Below are positions 9,395 to 19,112 of a DNA stretch of 64,000 nucleotides, in pieces. Within the stretch, counting starts at the first letter, position 1; every line of letters begins with the position of its first letter. The DNA is from Acidobacteriota bacterium (GTDB taxonomy: Bacteria; Actinomycetota; Acidimicrobiia; Spongiisociales; ZC4RG35), in assembly GCA_022573225.1 (NCBI GenBank), contig JACZUI010000004.1:3381-67380 (forward strand). The letters run 5' to 3'. The position numbers were made by a program, and so were the translations under genes. A model generated the notes under the pieces. That model did not search any database. It was not told where the DNA came from and saw nothing but the letters and a program-made list of their open reading frames with translations.

Positions 9395-11677
9395 GTGCCC
9401 AGACACCAGTCCGTCTCAGTGGAGCATCTCAGCGGTCCGCCCGGATCCACCCCGCTCTATCTGCTCGACGTCGCCAACGACTTCGAACAGCGGATGCTGG
9501 CGAAGTGGCTGCTGCGAGAGCTCGGGCCCAACGCGGAAATCCTTCGGATCGCCTCCTCGAAAAGAGGAAAGGGAGGTGATGACACGGCGTTGGCCGCCAA
9601 ACTTGCATCGCCGGATGACCTCTACCTGATCCCGCTTCGAGTTATCTGGATGGCGCCGACCAAAAAGGGTCGACGATCGGTGAGCATGGCCGACATTTTC
9701 AGACCGGGAGACCCCCGCGATCCCCGTGGCCTCCGCGCCCGATGGATCCAGGCGATGCGACCGAAACGGATCCGATTGATCGCCGCAACGGGCGCCTATA
9801 CCTCCGAGCTACTCGCCGACTACTCCACCTCAGGACATGTCGATCCGGTTGACAGCTTTGTCACCCGGCGGGCATGGCGTGTGCTGGATCAGGCCGAGCG
9901 CAAGCTCCGGGGAAACCGCTACAAGATTCCCCGGTTCGTTCCGGAGGCGATCCTCTCCCGGCGCGAATTCCTCGATGCGGTCGACGCAGTGGCGGCCGAG
10001 ACGGGCCTCGAGTCTGCTGCCGCCCGATCCAAGGCGGAGCGATACCTGCGGGAGATCGCGGCCACTCATTCGCCTTACGTCATCGACATGATCGCTGCGG
10101 TGATCCACAAGCTCTACAGCATGGGCTATGGCGAGATCAAGTATTCGGAAGATCAGGTGAAACGGATCGCCGAACTGGGGAACTCAAATCCCGTGATCTT
10201 CCTCCCGTCGCATCGATCGAACCTCGATCGACTCAGCCTCCAATACATGCTCTGGGAGAACGACCTGCCACCCAATCACACGGCGGGTGGAATCAACCTC
10301 AACTTCTTTCCCGTCGGGCCTCTATTGCGCCGCACCGGAGTCTTCTTCATCAGACGCAGCTTCCGCGACAACGAGCTGTACAAGACGGTTTTGCGCAGCT
10401 ATCTCGACTATCTGATCGAGAAGCGATTCCCCCTGGAGTGGTACATGGAAGGTGGCCGCTCCCGGTCGGGCAAGCTCTTGCCGCCACAGCTCGGGATGCT
10501 GCACTACGTGGTGGACTCGCTGCGGCGCGGCAAGGCAGAAGACATTCAGCTGATCCCGGTGTCGATCGCGTACGACCAGATCCAGGATGTGCCCGACTAC
10601 GCCCGGGAGGCCCAGGGGAGGACCAAGGAAAAGGAGTCGATCGGGTGGCTGGTAAAGGCTGTCCGTTCGTTGAGGCGGCGCTACGGAGACATCTACATCG
10701 AGTTCGGAGAGCCGATCTCCGTGGCTTCATTCATCGGCTCGATCACATCCGACGAAGAGGAGTCGATCGGGTTGCAAAAGACAGCCTTCGAGGTGATGTA
10801 CCGAATCGGACGGGCCACACCCGTCACCCCGACGGCGCTGATGAGTATCGCCCTGCTCGCCGCCCGAGGTTCAGCCCGATCCGCCGGGGAGTTGGGTGAG
10901 GACTGCCACCACCTAGCCGAGTTCGTCCGGGCCCGCGGCATCACTATGACCGAAAATGACATCGATTACTCCGACGAGCCAGTCGCGCTGGCCATCCTGG
11001 AAGGACTCGCAGAAAACGGATATGTCTCCAGCCACGAAGCCGTGGGTCGGAGGGTCTTCTGGCTCTCCGATGAGGAGATGGTCAAGATCTCCTACTACCG
11101 CAACATGGTGGTTCACTACTTCGTGAGGCGCGCCTTTTCGGAGATGGCGTTGACCTCGATGATCGACGGCGACCACAACATTTACACCTTCCGGGAGACC
11201 CTTCTCGGATTCAGGGATCTGTTCAAGTTCGAATTCTTCTTCAACGAGAAGGATCAGTTCATCGACGACGCCGGAACCGATGTCGCCATCGACGTCCCGC
11301 ACTGGGAGCAGGCGTTGGCCGAGATCGGGCCGTCTGGAGTGCTGGGAAAGATGGGTAAGCCCGTCGCGTTCTGGGCAGTGCTGCCGTTCCTCGACGCCTA
11401 CCAGGTCGTTGGCGACGAACTCGAAGCGCTCGACCGCACCTTTGGCGAGAAGGCCTTCCTCAAGGCCTGTCTCGCCAGGGCAAAGATGTACCGGATCGAG
11501 GGGCGTCTTATCTCAGGAGAAAGCGCCAGCCAGGTGCTGTTCGAATCTGCGTTATCCCTGGCCTCCAACCGGGGCCTGCTTGAGGATTCGCCCGACCTCA
11601 AGGCTCGACGATCTGCGTTCGCTACTGAGGTGCGTACGGCGCGGGATCTGGCCGCCCAAGGGCTGGAGGCCCACTAA
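9395..11677 (+). CDS. plsB: PlsB-family glycerol-3-phosphate acyltransferase
   Basis: HRSNLD (HX4D), GVFFIRR, YMEGGRSRSGK, IPVSIAYD. Confidence 0.88.
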   Translation: MPRHQSVSVEHLSGPPGSTPLYLLDVANDFEQRMLAKWLLRELGPNAEILRIASSKRGKGGDDTALAAKLASPDDLYLIPLRVIWMAPTKKGRRSVSMADIFRPGDPRDPRGLRARWIQAMRPKRIRLIAATGAYTSELLADYSTSGHVDPVDSFVTRRAWRVLDQAERKLRGNRYKIPRFVPEAILSRREFLDAVDAVAAETGLESAAARSKAERYLREIAATHSPYVIDMIAAVIHKLYSMGYGEIKYSEDQVKRIAELGNSNPVIFLPSHRSNLDRLSLQYMLWENDLPPNHTAGGINLNFFPVGPLLRRTGVFFIRRSFRDNELYKTVLRSYLDYLIEKRFPLEWYMEGGRSRSGKLLPPQLGMLHYVVDSLRRGKAEDIQLIPVSIAYDQIQDVPDYAREAQGRTKEKESIGWLVKAVRSLRRRYGDIYIEFGEPISVASFIGSITSDEEESIGLQKTAFEVMYRIGRATPVTPTALMSIALLAARGSARSAGELGEDCHHLAEFVRARGITMTENDIDYSDEPVALAILEGLAENGYVSSHEAVGRRVFWLSDEEMVKISYYRNMVVHYFVRRAFSEMALTSMIDGDHNIYTFRETLLGFRDLFKFEFFFNEKDQFIDDAGTDVAIDVPHWEQALAEIGPSGVLGKMGKPVAFWAVLPFLDAYQVVGDELEALDRTFGEKAFLKACLARAKMYRIEGRLISGESASQVLFESALSLASNRGLLEDSPDLKARRSAFATEVRTARDLAAQGLEAH

Positions 11678-11698
11678 GAGCGCGCGCAGATAGGTGGG

Positions 11699-11941
11699 TT
11701 ATTGGTTCCCTCGTTTGGCCCATTGATGAGTTTGATGGTGAGGATGAGAGCCGATCACAGGGTCATAGGGATCATCGAGGACCACAGACTCCTTCGTCGG
11801 GAAGTGACGGAAAAATGTCATGTGGGAGACGCCGGCGGCCCTGGCCACCTCCTCCACGGTGACATTGTCAAAGCCCCGCTGTCAGAAAAGACGAATCGCA
11901 TGATCCTGAAGACTTCGACGGGCTTTCTCGGCTCTCGTCAT
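11699..11941 (-). pseudogene. Truncated TetR-family regulator with an internal stop
   Basis: Manual translation MTRAEKARRSLQDHAIRLF*QRGFDNVTVEEVARAAGVSHMTFFRHFPTKESVV...; TGA at 11882-11884; ligand-binding domain absent. Confidence 0.8.
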
Positions 11942-11947
11942 CACACA

Positions 11948-11964
11948 GTGTTAGTCACTAACAC
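11948..11964. promoter_or_regulatory. Perfect palindrome, likely TetR operator
   Basis: GTGTTAGT-C-ACTAACAC, 6 bp upstream of the tetR ATG. Confidence 0.7.
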
Positions 11965-12153
11965 ATCAGGGGATGCTATTCCATGGTGTCGGTCTGCCGA
12001 GCCGGACGCGTGGTGGCGCTCCAGCCATAGTTGCTTTTGTTGGCTGATCTTGAAGGCTTGCCGGGCTTACGGGGGAATACCCCCTGGTCGTGGATGCTGG
12101 GTGGATGGCCACGATGGCATGGTGCGTTCGCCCGGTCGACGAGGATGGGGCTT

Positions 12154-13557
12154 GTGATAGTCGGACGTCGGATAATCATGACGCTTGCGTTTTATCCACG
12201 GGGTGGATCGGCGCAGGTGGTGCGCTACCTCGGGGGAGCGCTTGGGGCGCTGGGGCATACGGTGACGGTGTGTTGTGGGTCGCTGGGATCGCGGGGGTCT
12301 TCCTCTCATGCGGCGACGTTCTTCGCGGGCCTTGACGTCCAGGCTCTTGATTTCACCGAAGCGGCGACGTGGTTCGAACAGGGACGGGACCCGATGGCGG
12401 CGCCGGTGCCCTTCCACCCATCGTTTGAAGATCGACCGGGTGTGCCCGATCGGGTGTTCGCCTCCTTGGACGACGTCGCCTACCGGCATCAGGTAGCCGT
12501 GTGGCAGTCGCTGCTCGAACGGGTCGGGCAACCGGATCTGTATCACATACATCATTTGACCCATTTCAACGATGCGGTGGCGGCTCTCGGTGATCGACCC
12601 AATGTTGTTCACCTCCACGGCACCGAACTGAAAATGCTGGCCGCGATCCGTCGCCGAGGTGGGGAGCGGTGGAAGCATGCGGCCGCATGGGATCAGCGTC
12701 TGGTGAGGGCTGGCCGTCGGGCGGATCGACTTGTGGTCATCTCACCAACAGATCGGCGGCTGGCGATCGACCTGTTAGGGGTGGATCCTTCGCTCATCGA
12801 GGTCGTGCCGAACGGAGTTGACATCAATAGGTTCACACCCGTCGGCTTGACGAGGAGCCAACGGTTGGTCCAGTGGCGCCAGTGGTTGGTCGAGGAGCCA
12901 CAGGGCTGGGATGAAAGCGGCCAGCCGGGTACGATCCGGTACTCAGACAGTGACATCGAACGTTTCTTCTTGGACCCGGCGTCAGGAGAGATGCTCCCGG
13001 TGCTGCTGTTCGTAGGCCGCTTCTTGAACTTCAAACGGGTCCCACTGCTCGTCCGCGCCTACGCCACAGTCCGCCAGGCGCTGGGACCGAACCCACCACC
13101 GTTGGTGATCTGGGGTGGCTACCCAGGCGAATGGGAAGGCGAACATCCCCATACGGTGGCGACCTCCACGGGGGTCGACGGGGTCTTCTTCGTCGGCTGG
13201 CGGGGCCATGAGGATCTCGCTGCTGGGTTCAACTGCGCTGACGTGTTCGTGGCGCCCTCGGTCGATGAGCCGTTTGGCCAGGTCTACCTGGAGGCCATGG
13301 CCTGCGGCCTCCCGGTAATCGCCACCGATTCGGGAGGACCCCAATCGTTCGTCAACACTGACCCGGCTCGGCCGAACGGCTGGAGGGTCACACCCGACAA
13401 CCAGACCGAACTCGCAGACGCCATCATCGAGGCGGCCTCCGACAGGTCCATTCGACGTGAACGAGGCCGTAACGCCCGACGGCTGATCGAACGCCAATAC
13501 GACTGGCGCCGTATCGCCCAGCACATCGACCGAATCTACAACGACCTACTCACCTAG
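12154..13557 (+). CDS. Glycosyltransferase family 4 (GT-B fold)
   Basis: VPNGVD, LFVGR..KR, EPFGQVYLEAMACGLPVI; start uncertain (12145/12154/12178). Confidence 0.9.
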   Translation: MIVGRRIIMTLAFYPRGGSAQVVRYLGGALGALGHTVTVCCGSLGSRGSSSHAATFFAGLDVQALDFTEAATWFEQGRDPMAAPVPFHPSFEDRPGVPDRVFASLDDVAYRHQVAVWQSLLERVGQPDLYHIHHLTHFNDAVAALGDRPNVVHLHGTELKMLAAIRRRGGERWKHAAAWDQRLVRAGRRADRLVVISPTDRRLAIDLLGVDPSLIEVVPNGVDINRFTPVGLTRSQRLVQWRQWLVEEPQGWDESGQPGTIRYSDSDIERFFLDPASGEMLPVLLFVGRFLNFKRVPLLVRAYATVRQALGPNPPPLVIWGGYPGEWEGEHPHTVATSTGVDGVFFVGWRGHEDLAAGFNCADVFVAPSVDEPFGQVYLEAMACGLPVIATDSGGPQSFVNTDPARPNGWRVTPDNQTELADAIIEAASDRSIRRERGRNARRLIERQYDWRRIAQHIDRIYNDLLT

Positions 13558-13583
13558 CGAGCAAGGTCCCCGTCGCGCCTGCC

Positions 13584-13657
13584 GACAGGCTGCTTGAAAG
13601 GGAAATTGGAGGGTACGAAAAGTAAAAGGTGGCACTGGCGATATGAGCCCGACCACC
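13584..13657 (+). repeat. Dispersed ~70-nt repeat, copy A
   Basis: GACAGG..TACGAAAAG..GGTGGCACTGGCGATATGAGCCCGACCACC; aligns with 14569-14637 and 14685-14754. Confidence 0.75.
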
Positions 13658-13796
13658 GGGGTGGATCTCCTTGACCATGACGACATGTGTTGCAATGACC
13701 CCTTGAGCCTGTAGCCGTCATCTGCGGGGTGGTGAGGTCGATTTGGGCGGGGGAGTACCTGAACCACCTGCTCACGAAATTCCTAACATCTCGCTG

Positions 13797-14318
13797 ATGG
13801 ACACTACTTTCGACCTTCTCGTCATCTTCTTCCTCCGTCTGATAGACGTTGGATTGTCCACCGTCAGGATTGTGCTGCTCGGCCGCGGCCGGCGGGGGCT
13901 AGCGACCCTGCTCGGCTTCGTCGAGTCATTGATCTGGGTCCTTGCCGTGGCCAGGGTGCTCGACGGACTCGACGATCCACTGAGATTGGTCGCCTTCGCC
14001 GCAGGATTCGCTGCAGGCACCTACGTGGGGTCTTTGGTGGAAGAGTGGTTGGCGTTGGGGCAAGCCATGGTTCGCATCATCGCTCCAGTGGAATCCACGC
14101 CCGTCGCCGACAAACTACGCCAGGAGGGTTTGGCAGCCACCGTGCTTAACGGTGATGGCCGAGACGGTGAGGTCAGAGTGACATTCTGTGTGGTTCCCCG
14201 CAAGAGGGTCTCAGCTGTGCTGCAGCTGATACAAGAGACCAATTCCGAGGCGTATGTGACCGTGGATCAGACCACCTCGATCGACCTGAGACGGCTAGAT
14301 CGTGGTGTGAGAAAGTAG
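13797..14318 (+). CDS. DUF2179/DUF5698 (UPF0316) membrane protein
   Basis: RLIDVGLSTVRI, LGFVESLIW, AAGFAAGTYVG, C-terminal PII-like alpha/beta region. Confidence 0.85.
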   Translation: MDTTFDLLVIFFLRLIDVGLSTVRIVLLGRGRRGLATLLGFVESLIWVLAVARVLDGLDDPLRLVAFAAGFAAGTYVGSLVEEWLALGQAMVRIIAPVESTPVADKLRQEGLAATVLNGDGRDGEVRVTFCVVPRKRVSAVLQLIQETNSEAYVTVDQTTSIDLRRLDRGVRK

Positions 14319-14568
14319 CTAATCATCCAGAGCCGCCCGTAGGTGATTAGATGAGGAAGCGGGCCTCTGGGTCCTACCTGTTGCGGATCGGCAGTCTGCC
14401 CGAGTCGTGACGACGTTCCCCACGGCGGTGACCGAGGGGTTCACCCGGACGGCGAGCTACTAGGTGACGACGTGGCCCGCTCGGAGATCTCCGAAGCCGA
14501 TCTGCGGGTCCTGGCGGACTATCTCGAGTCCTTCGCCAGCAAGTCGGCATTGGGTCCGACATCCGGTT

Positions 14569-14637
14569 GACAGGACTGCTGACACTGAGACTGGGGGAAC
14601 AGTGACGGGTGGTACTAGCGAAGCGAGCCCGACCACC
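14569..14637 (+). repeat. Dispersed ~70-nt repeat, copy B
   Basis: GACAGG..GCTGACACTGAGACTGG..GGTGGTACTAGCGAAGCGAGCCCGACCACC. Confidence 0.75.
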
Positions 14638-14684
14638 AACGGTGTGGCGTCGCGCCTGCTGAGGGGGCTATTTGTCATTCGGCT

Positions 14685-14754
14685 GACAGGGCTGACACTG
14701 AAACTGGAGAGATACGAAAATGAAAGGTGACACTGGCGACGTGAGTCCCACCAC
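14685..14754 (+). repeat. Dispersed ~70-nt repeat, copy C
   Basis: GACAGG.GCTGACACTGAAACTGGAGAGATACGAAAATGAAAGGTGACACTGGCGACGTGAGTCCCACCAC. Confidence 0.75.
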
Positions 14755-15020
14755 AAGCCATTGCGAATGGTCGAGTGCTGCTCTTTGAGGTGCCGTACGG
14801 GCAAGGAGTCGATCCGTTGTTCTTGCCCGTGATCATTTGATCTAAATCTCGTGCCCGATTCTCCTCTCGACAATTGTGTTGTCTGTTCAGTGAGCAGTTC
14901 GGCTCCAGTCTGCTCTTGCTTTTGTAGAGCTGGTGTTGGACTGCCTTCATGACCAAGACCAGGGTCTGCCGAGGCTTGTCCGGCTCTCGGCTTTCATCAC
15001 TCCGAGCGACCTTAAGGGCT

Positions 15021-15542
15021 CTAGGGCCTGAACTTGCGGCGAGCCTCGTCGATCATCTCCTGCGACGTCTTAGGAGCTGCGTGCAGATCCAATCCAGCCG
15101 GGTCGTCGACAACATGCTCCGGGGCCATCGAACTCCTGTCCTCCACCTCGAAGAGAGCCTCCTCGAGCGACTTCGGCGCCGGTTTGGTTTCTGGACGAGG
15201 CTGCGGCGGCTTGGGAGGGGCGGGAGCAGGCGATGCCTTGACCGGAGCGGGCGCCGGTGGCTCGGCCCGAGTCGCCGGAGGTCTATCAAGCGACTCGTCG
15301 GGCTGCTCGAGCTCCTCGACCCGTTTCCTCGACCGTCTCCGTAATGCCCTCCCGGCAGCCAAAAGAACGAAAGCCGGCAGAATCCCCCCTGCGAGGAACC
15401 TGGCGATGAAGTCGCCCAGCGGACCGCCCGGGTTGAGAATCCCCATGCCCCCGAGGACGATCAACGACACCCAGACGAATCCGATCCAGGTGAGAAGCCT
15501 CCCCAAAAGGCCTGCCAACTTCACGTTCCGTTCATCATCCAT
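15021..15542 (-). CDS. Hypothetical membrane protein with two TM helices and a Pro-rich cytoplasmic tail
   Basis: Two hydrophobic segments, Pro/Ala linker, charged C-terminal helix. Confidence 0.7.
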   Translation of the reverse strand: MDDERNVKLAGLLGRLLTWIGFVWVSLIVLGGMGILNPGGPLGDFIARFLAGGILPAFVLLAAGRALRRRSRKRVEELEQPDESLDRPPATRAEPPAPAPVKASPAPAPPKPPQPRPETKPAPKSLEEALFEVEDRSSMAPEHVVDDPAGLDLHAAPKTSQEMIDEARRKFRP

Positions 15543-15750
15543 GAGGACATTCAACCACGGGGAGTCTGTTGGACAATGCCGTTGGTCAGATCGGCGGCCA
15601 GGCGCGCCACACGCAAGGACGAGGTTTCGCCACTCCTTGGGGCGGAATGGGGGGGCCGAGGACACCGCGAGTGGCGATGACCTGGTCGTCGAGATGAGTG
15701 ACATGCATTGTTCGACGGGCTCCTAGAGCGGAGAAAGGCCGACAGACTCT

Positions 15751-16914
15751 CTAGGGCCGGGTGATGACGGCCCGGAGACGCCAGCCGGCGATCACGAAAA
15801 GAACGATGGCGTAGATAGTGAGAACTCCCAACTCCAGGAGGATGTCGGCCACGGCCCCGTTGCGACGCACCAGCTCAGCAAAGCCGTCGAGGGCCCAGGC
15901 ATGAGGCGTGATGTGGGCGACCTTCTGCATCGTTGGCGAGAACAACTCGGCGGGAAGCATCGATCCACCCAAAGCGGCCAACCCAAGGGCGAGCACCACG
16001 CTCACGCCAGCAGCTTGCTGGTCGTTGGAAAACACCGCCCCCATCAGCATGCCCGCACCTGCTCCTACCGCCGAAAAGGTCACCAGGATGAGGAAGGCCC
16101 CGACCGGATCGCCCCAGTTGACCCCGAAGATAAGAAAAGTGGCCGCGACGATGTAGAGCCCCTGCACCATGGCGGTCGCCCACCGACCCGCCCCCTCGCC
16201 AAGCACGACTGTTCGGACTGAGGTCGGGGTCGAGAGCATCCGCTGTGAGATCCCCAGTTGGCGGGTGAGAATCAGGGCGGCGGAGCCCGCTAGAGCCGTG
16301 AGGAAGACAAACAGCACCAACTGCTGTGCAGCCCCAAGGTCGAATCGACCGAGGGTGTCGGGAAAGATTGCTTCTCCCAAGGCCGATGTCTCGACGGTGA
16401 GGCTCGCAATCGTCCCTGCCTGCTCGTCGGCGAGCGCCAGTGCTTCATCGAAGCCGGTGTCTGTCTGCGAACTGGCGAATTCCGCTGCTGCAACCGGTGT
16501 CATCACCTCGGAGATCACCGCGCTGACGGTTGACTGAAGCTGGGCCCCGAACCCGTCTGGTCGGGCCACGAATCCGATCTCGATGACCTCGCCTGCCCTG
16601 ACCTGGTCGTCCATCCCTTCCGGGAGGAAGACCCCCGCCTGAACGCCACCACGTTCCACGGCCGTCCTCAGGTCGCCGGATGTCGAGTATTCGGCGATTC
16701 GTAGGTCGCCGTCGGCCTCGAGTCCCTCGACGATCGCCGCCGAGAGCTCACCTGCGTCGGCCCGAAATGTTCCGATGCCCGGGTTGAAATCGCCACCAAA
16801 CTGAGCACCGATCAGAAGGATGATCGCTAGCGGGAAGACGAAAACGAAAAAGATGTTGGATCGCTCTCGCAGCATCCGACGGACATTTGTCCGGGCGATG
16901 GCTACCACTTTCAT
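15751..16914 (-). CDS. ABC-2 type exporter permease
   Basis: ERSNIFFVFVFP N-terminus, large extracytoplasmic loop, five further TMs, TPHAWA. Confidence 0.9.
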   Translation of the reverse strand: MKVVAIARTNVRRMLRERSNIFFVFVFPLAIILLIGAQFGGDFNPGIGTFRADAGELSAAIVEGLEADGDLRIAEYSTSGDLRTAVERGGVQAGVFLPEGMDDQVRAGEVIEIGFVARPDGFGAQLQSTVSAVISEVMTPVAAAEFASSQTDTGFDEALALADEQAGTIASLTVETSALGEAIFPDTLGRFDLGAAQQLVLFVFLTALAGSAALILTRQLGISQRMLSTPTSVRTVVLGEGAGRWATAMVQGLYIVAATFLIFGVNWGDPVGAFLILVTFSAVGAGAGMLMGAVFSNDQQAAGVSVVLALGLAALGGSMLPAELFSPTMQKVAHITPHAWALDGFAELVRRNGAVADILLELGVLTIYAIVLFVIAGWRLRAVITRP

Positions 16915-18122
16915 CGCTTCATCCTTCGTGTCAGGAGGATCCATGCGGCCGAGCCGAATACAACGGCGAACAAGAGAATCGCCCCTGCCGCTGGGAGGGC
17001 GGCGGTCCATTCGGCTCCATCGGACAGGTCGCCCAGACCACGCATGAACCAGGCATGAGGGGTCAGATAGGAGAGGCGTGACAGGAGGTCATCGCCTTGA
17101 CCAACCGGGAAGAAAGTCCCTCCCAGCATTCCGAGCGTTACGGCGATTATCGCTCCCAGATTCCCGGCACCCTCCGGGGTCTTGGCGATGGAGGCGACAA
17201 GCCCCATGATCGCAACAGCCGACAGGACGCCGGCGATGACCAACGACGCGACCCCGAGCGGGGCGCCCCAGTCGGCGCCCATGCCTATCTCCGTGTCACC
17301 GACCTCGATCGTCAACGACGTTGCGGCAATCAGGACCGTCATCGAGATGATCCCGAGAGCAAAGGAGAGGATCGCCTTGCCGGTTATGACGCTGGTACGA
17401 CCGATCGGGGCTGCCAGCAGCCGGGCAAGCGTGCCGTCTCGCTCTTCCTCGAGAATGCCCGATACCCCGAATTGAACCGTGAAGAACAAGAAGAACACCG
17501 CCATCCCGGCGGCGAAGTAGGTGGCTCCGTCCAGTTGACGGGTGGCGGCGGACACGTCGACCATCGTGAACGACCGGCCCTCGGCGGCTGCTGTCTGGCT
17601 CCATTGCCCGATCTGTTCGGGCGTGGGAGGCACCGGACTCACCGCGATAGTCACACCGACAGAGATCTGAGCGCCGGCGACCCCCTGGCTGAATTGGTCG
17701 GCAATCGATGTGGCGATCTGAGTCGAAGTTGGTGCGTCGATGTCCCCCACCACATGGAGGGTGAACGGATCCTGAGCCCGGAGCGCGTCACCCATTCCCT
17801 CCTCGATGAGAAAGAACGCCTTGATGGCGTTTTCATCCACGGCGGCCTCTGCATCGGCTTGAGTGCCGAATGCTTGGATAGTGAGGATTCCCTCGTCTTC
17901 CAACGCTTCGAGGACACCCTCGAACGACTCGGAGATTTCCGTTTGGTCGAGGTCGACTATCCCGTAATCCAGATCGAGTGAGTTCGCACTCAACGCGTTT
18001 CCAAAGACCAGGTCGAAGATGAAGGCCAACGCAAGCGGGGCGATGATTCCGATGATGAACGCCGAGCGGTCTCGGACCCTCAGCTTGAGGTCCTTCGTCG
18101 CTATCAGCGTCGAAGCGCTCAC
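16911..18122 (-). CDS. ABC-2 type exporter permease
   Basis: KDLKLRVRDRS, EERDGTLARLLAAP, LGGTFFP, TPHAW. Confidence 0.9.
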   Translation of the reverse strand: MSASTLIATKDLKLRVRDRSAFIIGIIAPLALAFIFDLVFGNALSANSLDLDYGIVDLDQTEISESFEGVLEALEDEGILTIQAFGTQADAEAAVDENAIKAFFLIEEGMGDALRAQDPFTLHVVGDIDAPTSTQIATSIADQFSQGVAGAQISVGVTIAVSPVPPTPEQIGQWSQTAAAEGRSFTMVDVSAATRQLDGATYFAAGMAVFFLFFTVQFGVSGILEEERDGTLARLLAAPIGRTSVITGKAILSFALGIISMTVLIAATSLTIEVGDTEIGMGADWGAPLGVASLVIAGVLSAVAIMGLVASIAKTPEGAGNLGAIIAVTLGMLGGTFFPVGQGDDLLSRLSYLTPHAWFMRGLGDLSDGAEWTAALPAAGAILLFAVVFGSAAWILLTRRMKR

Positions 18123-18173
18123 TAGTGCCCTGTCCAGTGAACGCGGCAAACGTTGCTGGTCCAAGCACCGAAC

Positions 18174-19112
18174 TCAGTCACGAAGGGCTTTGCCGGTCAG
18201 ATGGAGGAAGACAGCCTCGAGGTTGGGTTCTACCACCTCGACGCCGGTGATGGTCACACCGGCTCCGGACACTTCGGATAGCAGACTCGGGAGAAGGCTG
18301 GCCGCGTCGCCGGCGAGGATCTCAATCCGGTGATCAGACGGGCTTGCCTCAAACACGTCGGGAAGTCGACGGGCCACTTCAGCAGCGCCCGTCAGGTCTC
18401 CCGATGCGGTGATCGTCACACGGTCCTTCTGGCCCACCATCGATACCAGCTCGCGACGGGTTCCCTCCGCCTTGATGGTTCCCTCATCGATGATGGCTAC
18501 CCGATCACAGAGCCGCTCTGCTTCCTCCATGTAGTGGGTGGTATAGAGGACTGCCGTTCCCTCTCCGCTCAGTTCCTCGATCGACTCGAGAATCGCATTC
18601 CGGGATTGAGGGTCCACCCCCACGGTCGGCTCATCGAGGATGAGGAGCTCGGGCTTGTGAAGAAGACCAACCCCAATGTTCAACCGCCGCTTCATGCCAC
18701 CGGAGAACTCCTTGGTCAGGTCATCACGTCTATCGGTCAGCGCGACGACCTCGAGCACCTGATCGACTCTCGACGCGAGAGCCGGTCCTGACATTCCATA
18801 GAGCCTGCCGAAGAAAGCAAGGTTCTCGGTCGCGGTGAGATCGGGATATATCGCCAGATCCTGGGGCACCAGTCCGATGAACCGCTTCCCCTTCACCGAG
18901 GAGGTGGTGATCCTCTCGCCGGAGATGGTGACAGTTCCGCTGTCCGGCTCCAACAGCCCGGCGATCATCGAGATCGAGGTCGTCTTCCCGGCACCGTTGG
19001 GCCCCAACAGTCCGAAAGTCTCCCCCGCTTCGATGGCCAAATCAACGCCGTCGACAGCCGTCAGGTCGCCAAAGGTCTTCACCAGTGCCTTAGCCCGCAG
19101 AACAATGGTCAG
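18174..19112 (-). CDS. ABC exporter ATP-binding subunit
   Basis: GPNGAGKT, FSGGMKRR, ILDEPT, TTHY; start is either GTG 19082 or CTG 19112. Confidence 0.92.
   Translation of the reverse strand: MTIVLRAKALVKTFGDLTAVDGVDLAIEAGETFGLLGPNGAGKTTSISMIAGLLEPDSGTVTISGERITTSSVKGKRFIGLVPQDLAIYPDLTATENLAFFGRLYGMSGPALASRVDQVLEVVALTDRRDDLTKEFSGGMKRRLNIGVGLLHKPELLILDEPTVGVDPQSRNAILESIEELSGEGTAVLYTTHYMEEAERLCDRVAIIDEGTIKAEGTRRELVSMVGQKDRVTITASGDLTGAAEVARRLPDVFEASPSDHRIEILAGDAASLLPSLLSEVSGAGVTITGVEVVEPNLEAVFLHLTGKALRD

Noticed and set aside
11882-11884. In-frame TGA in tetR as selenocysteine or readthrough
   Set aside because: Not a Cys-conserved position, and the gene is also truncated, so a pseudogene is the simpler explanation
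13628-13662. Repeat core as a ZTP or fluoride riboswitch
   Set aside because: Only short partial resemblance (ACTGGCGA, CCACCGGGG); the remaining consensus elements and expected downstream genes are missing
13554-13775. 73-aa minus-strand ORF containing HCNTCRH
   Set aside because: Not a true CxxCH motif, overlaps repeat A, and has no other coding support
11674-15024. TAAGAGC...GCTCTAG as IS5-like terminal inverted repeats bounding the patch
   Set aside because: Only about 5 bp match and no transposase; cannot be distinguished from chance
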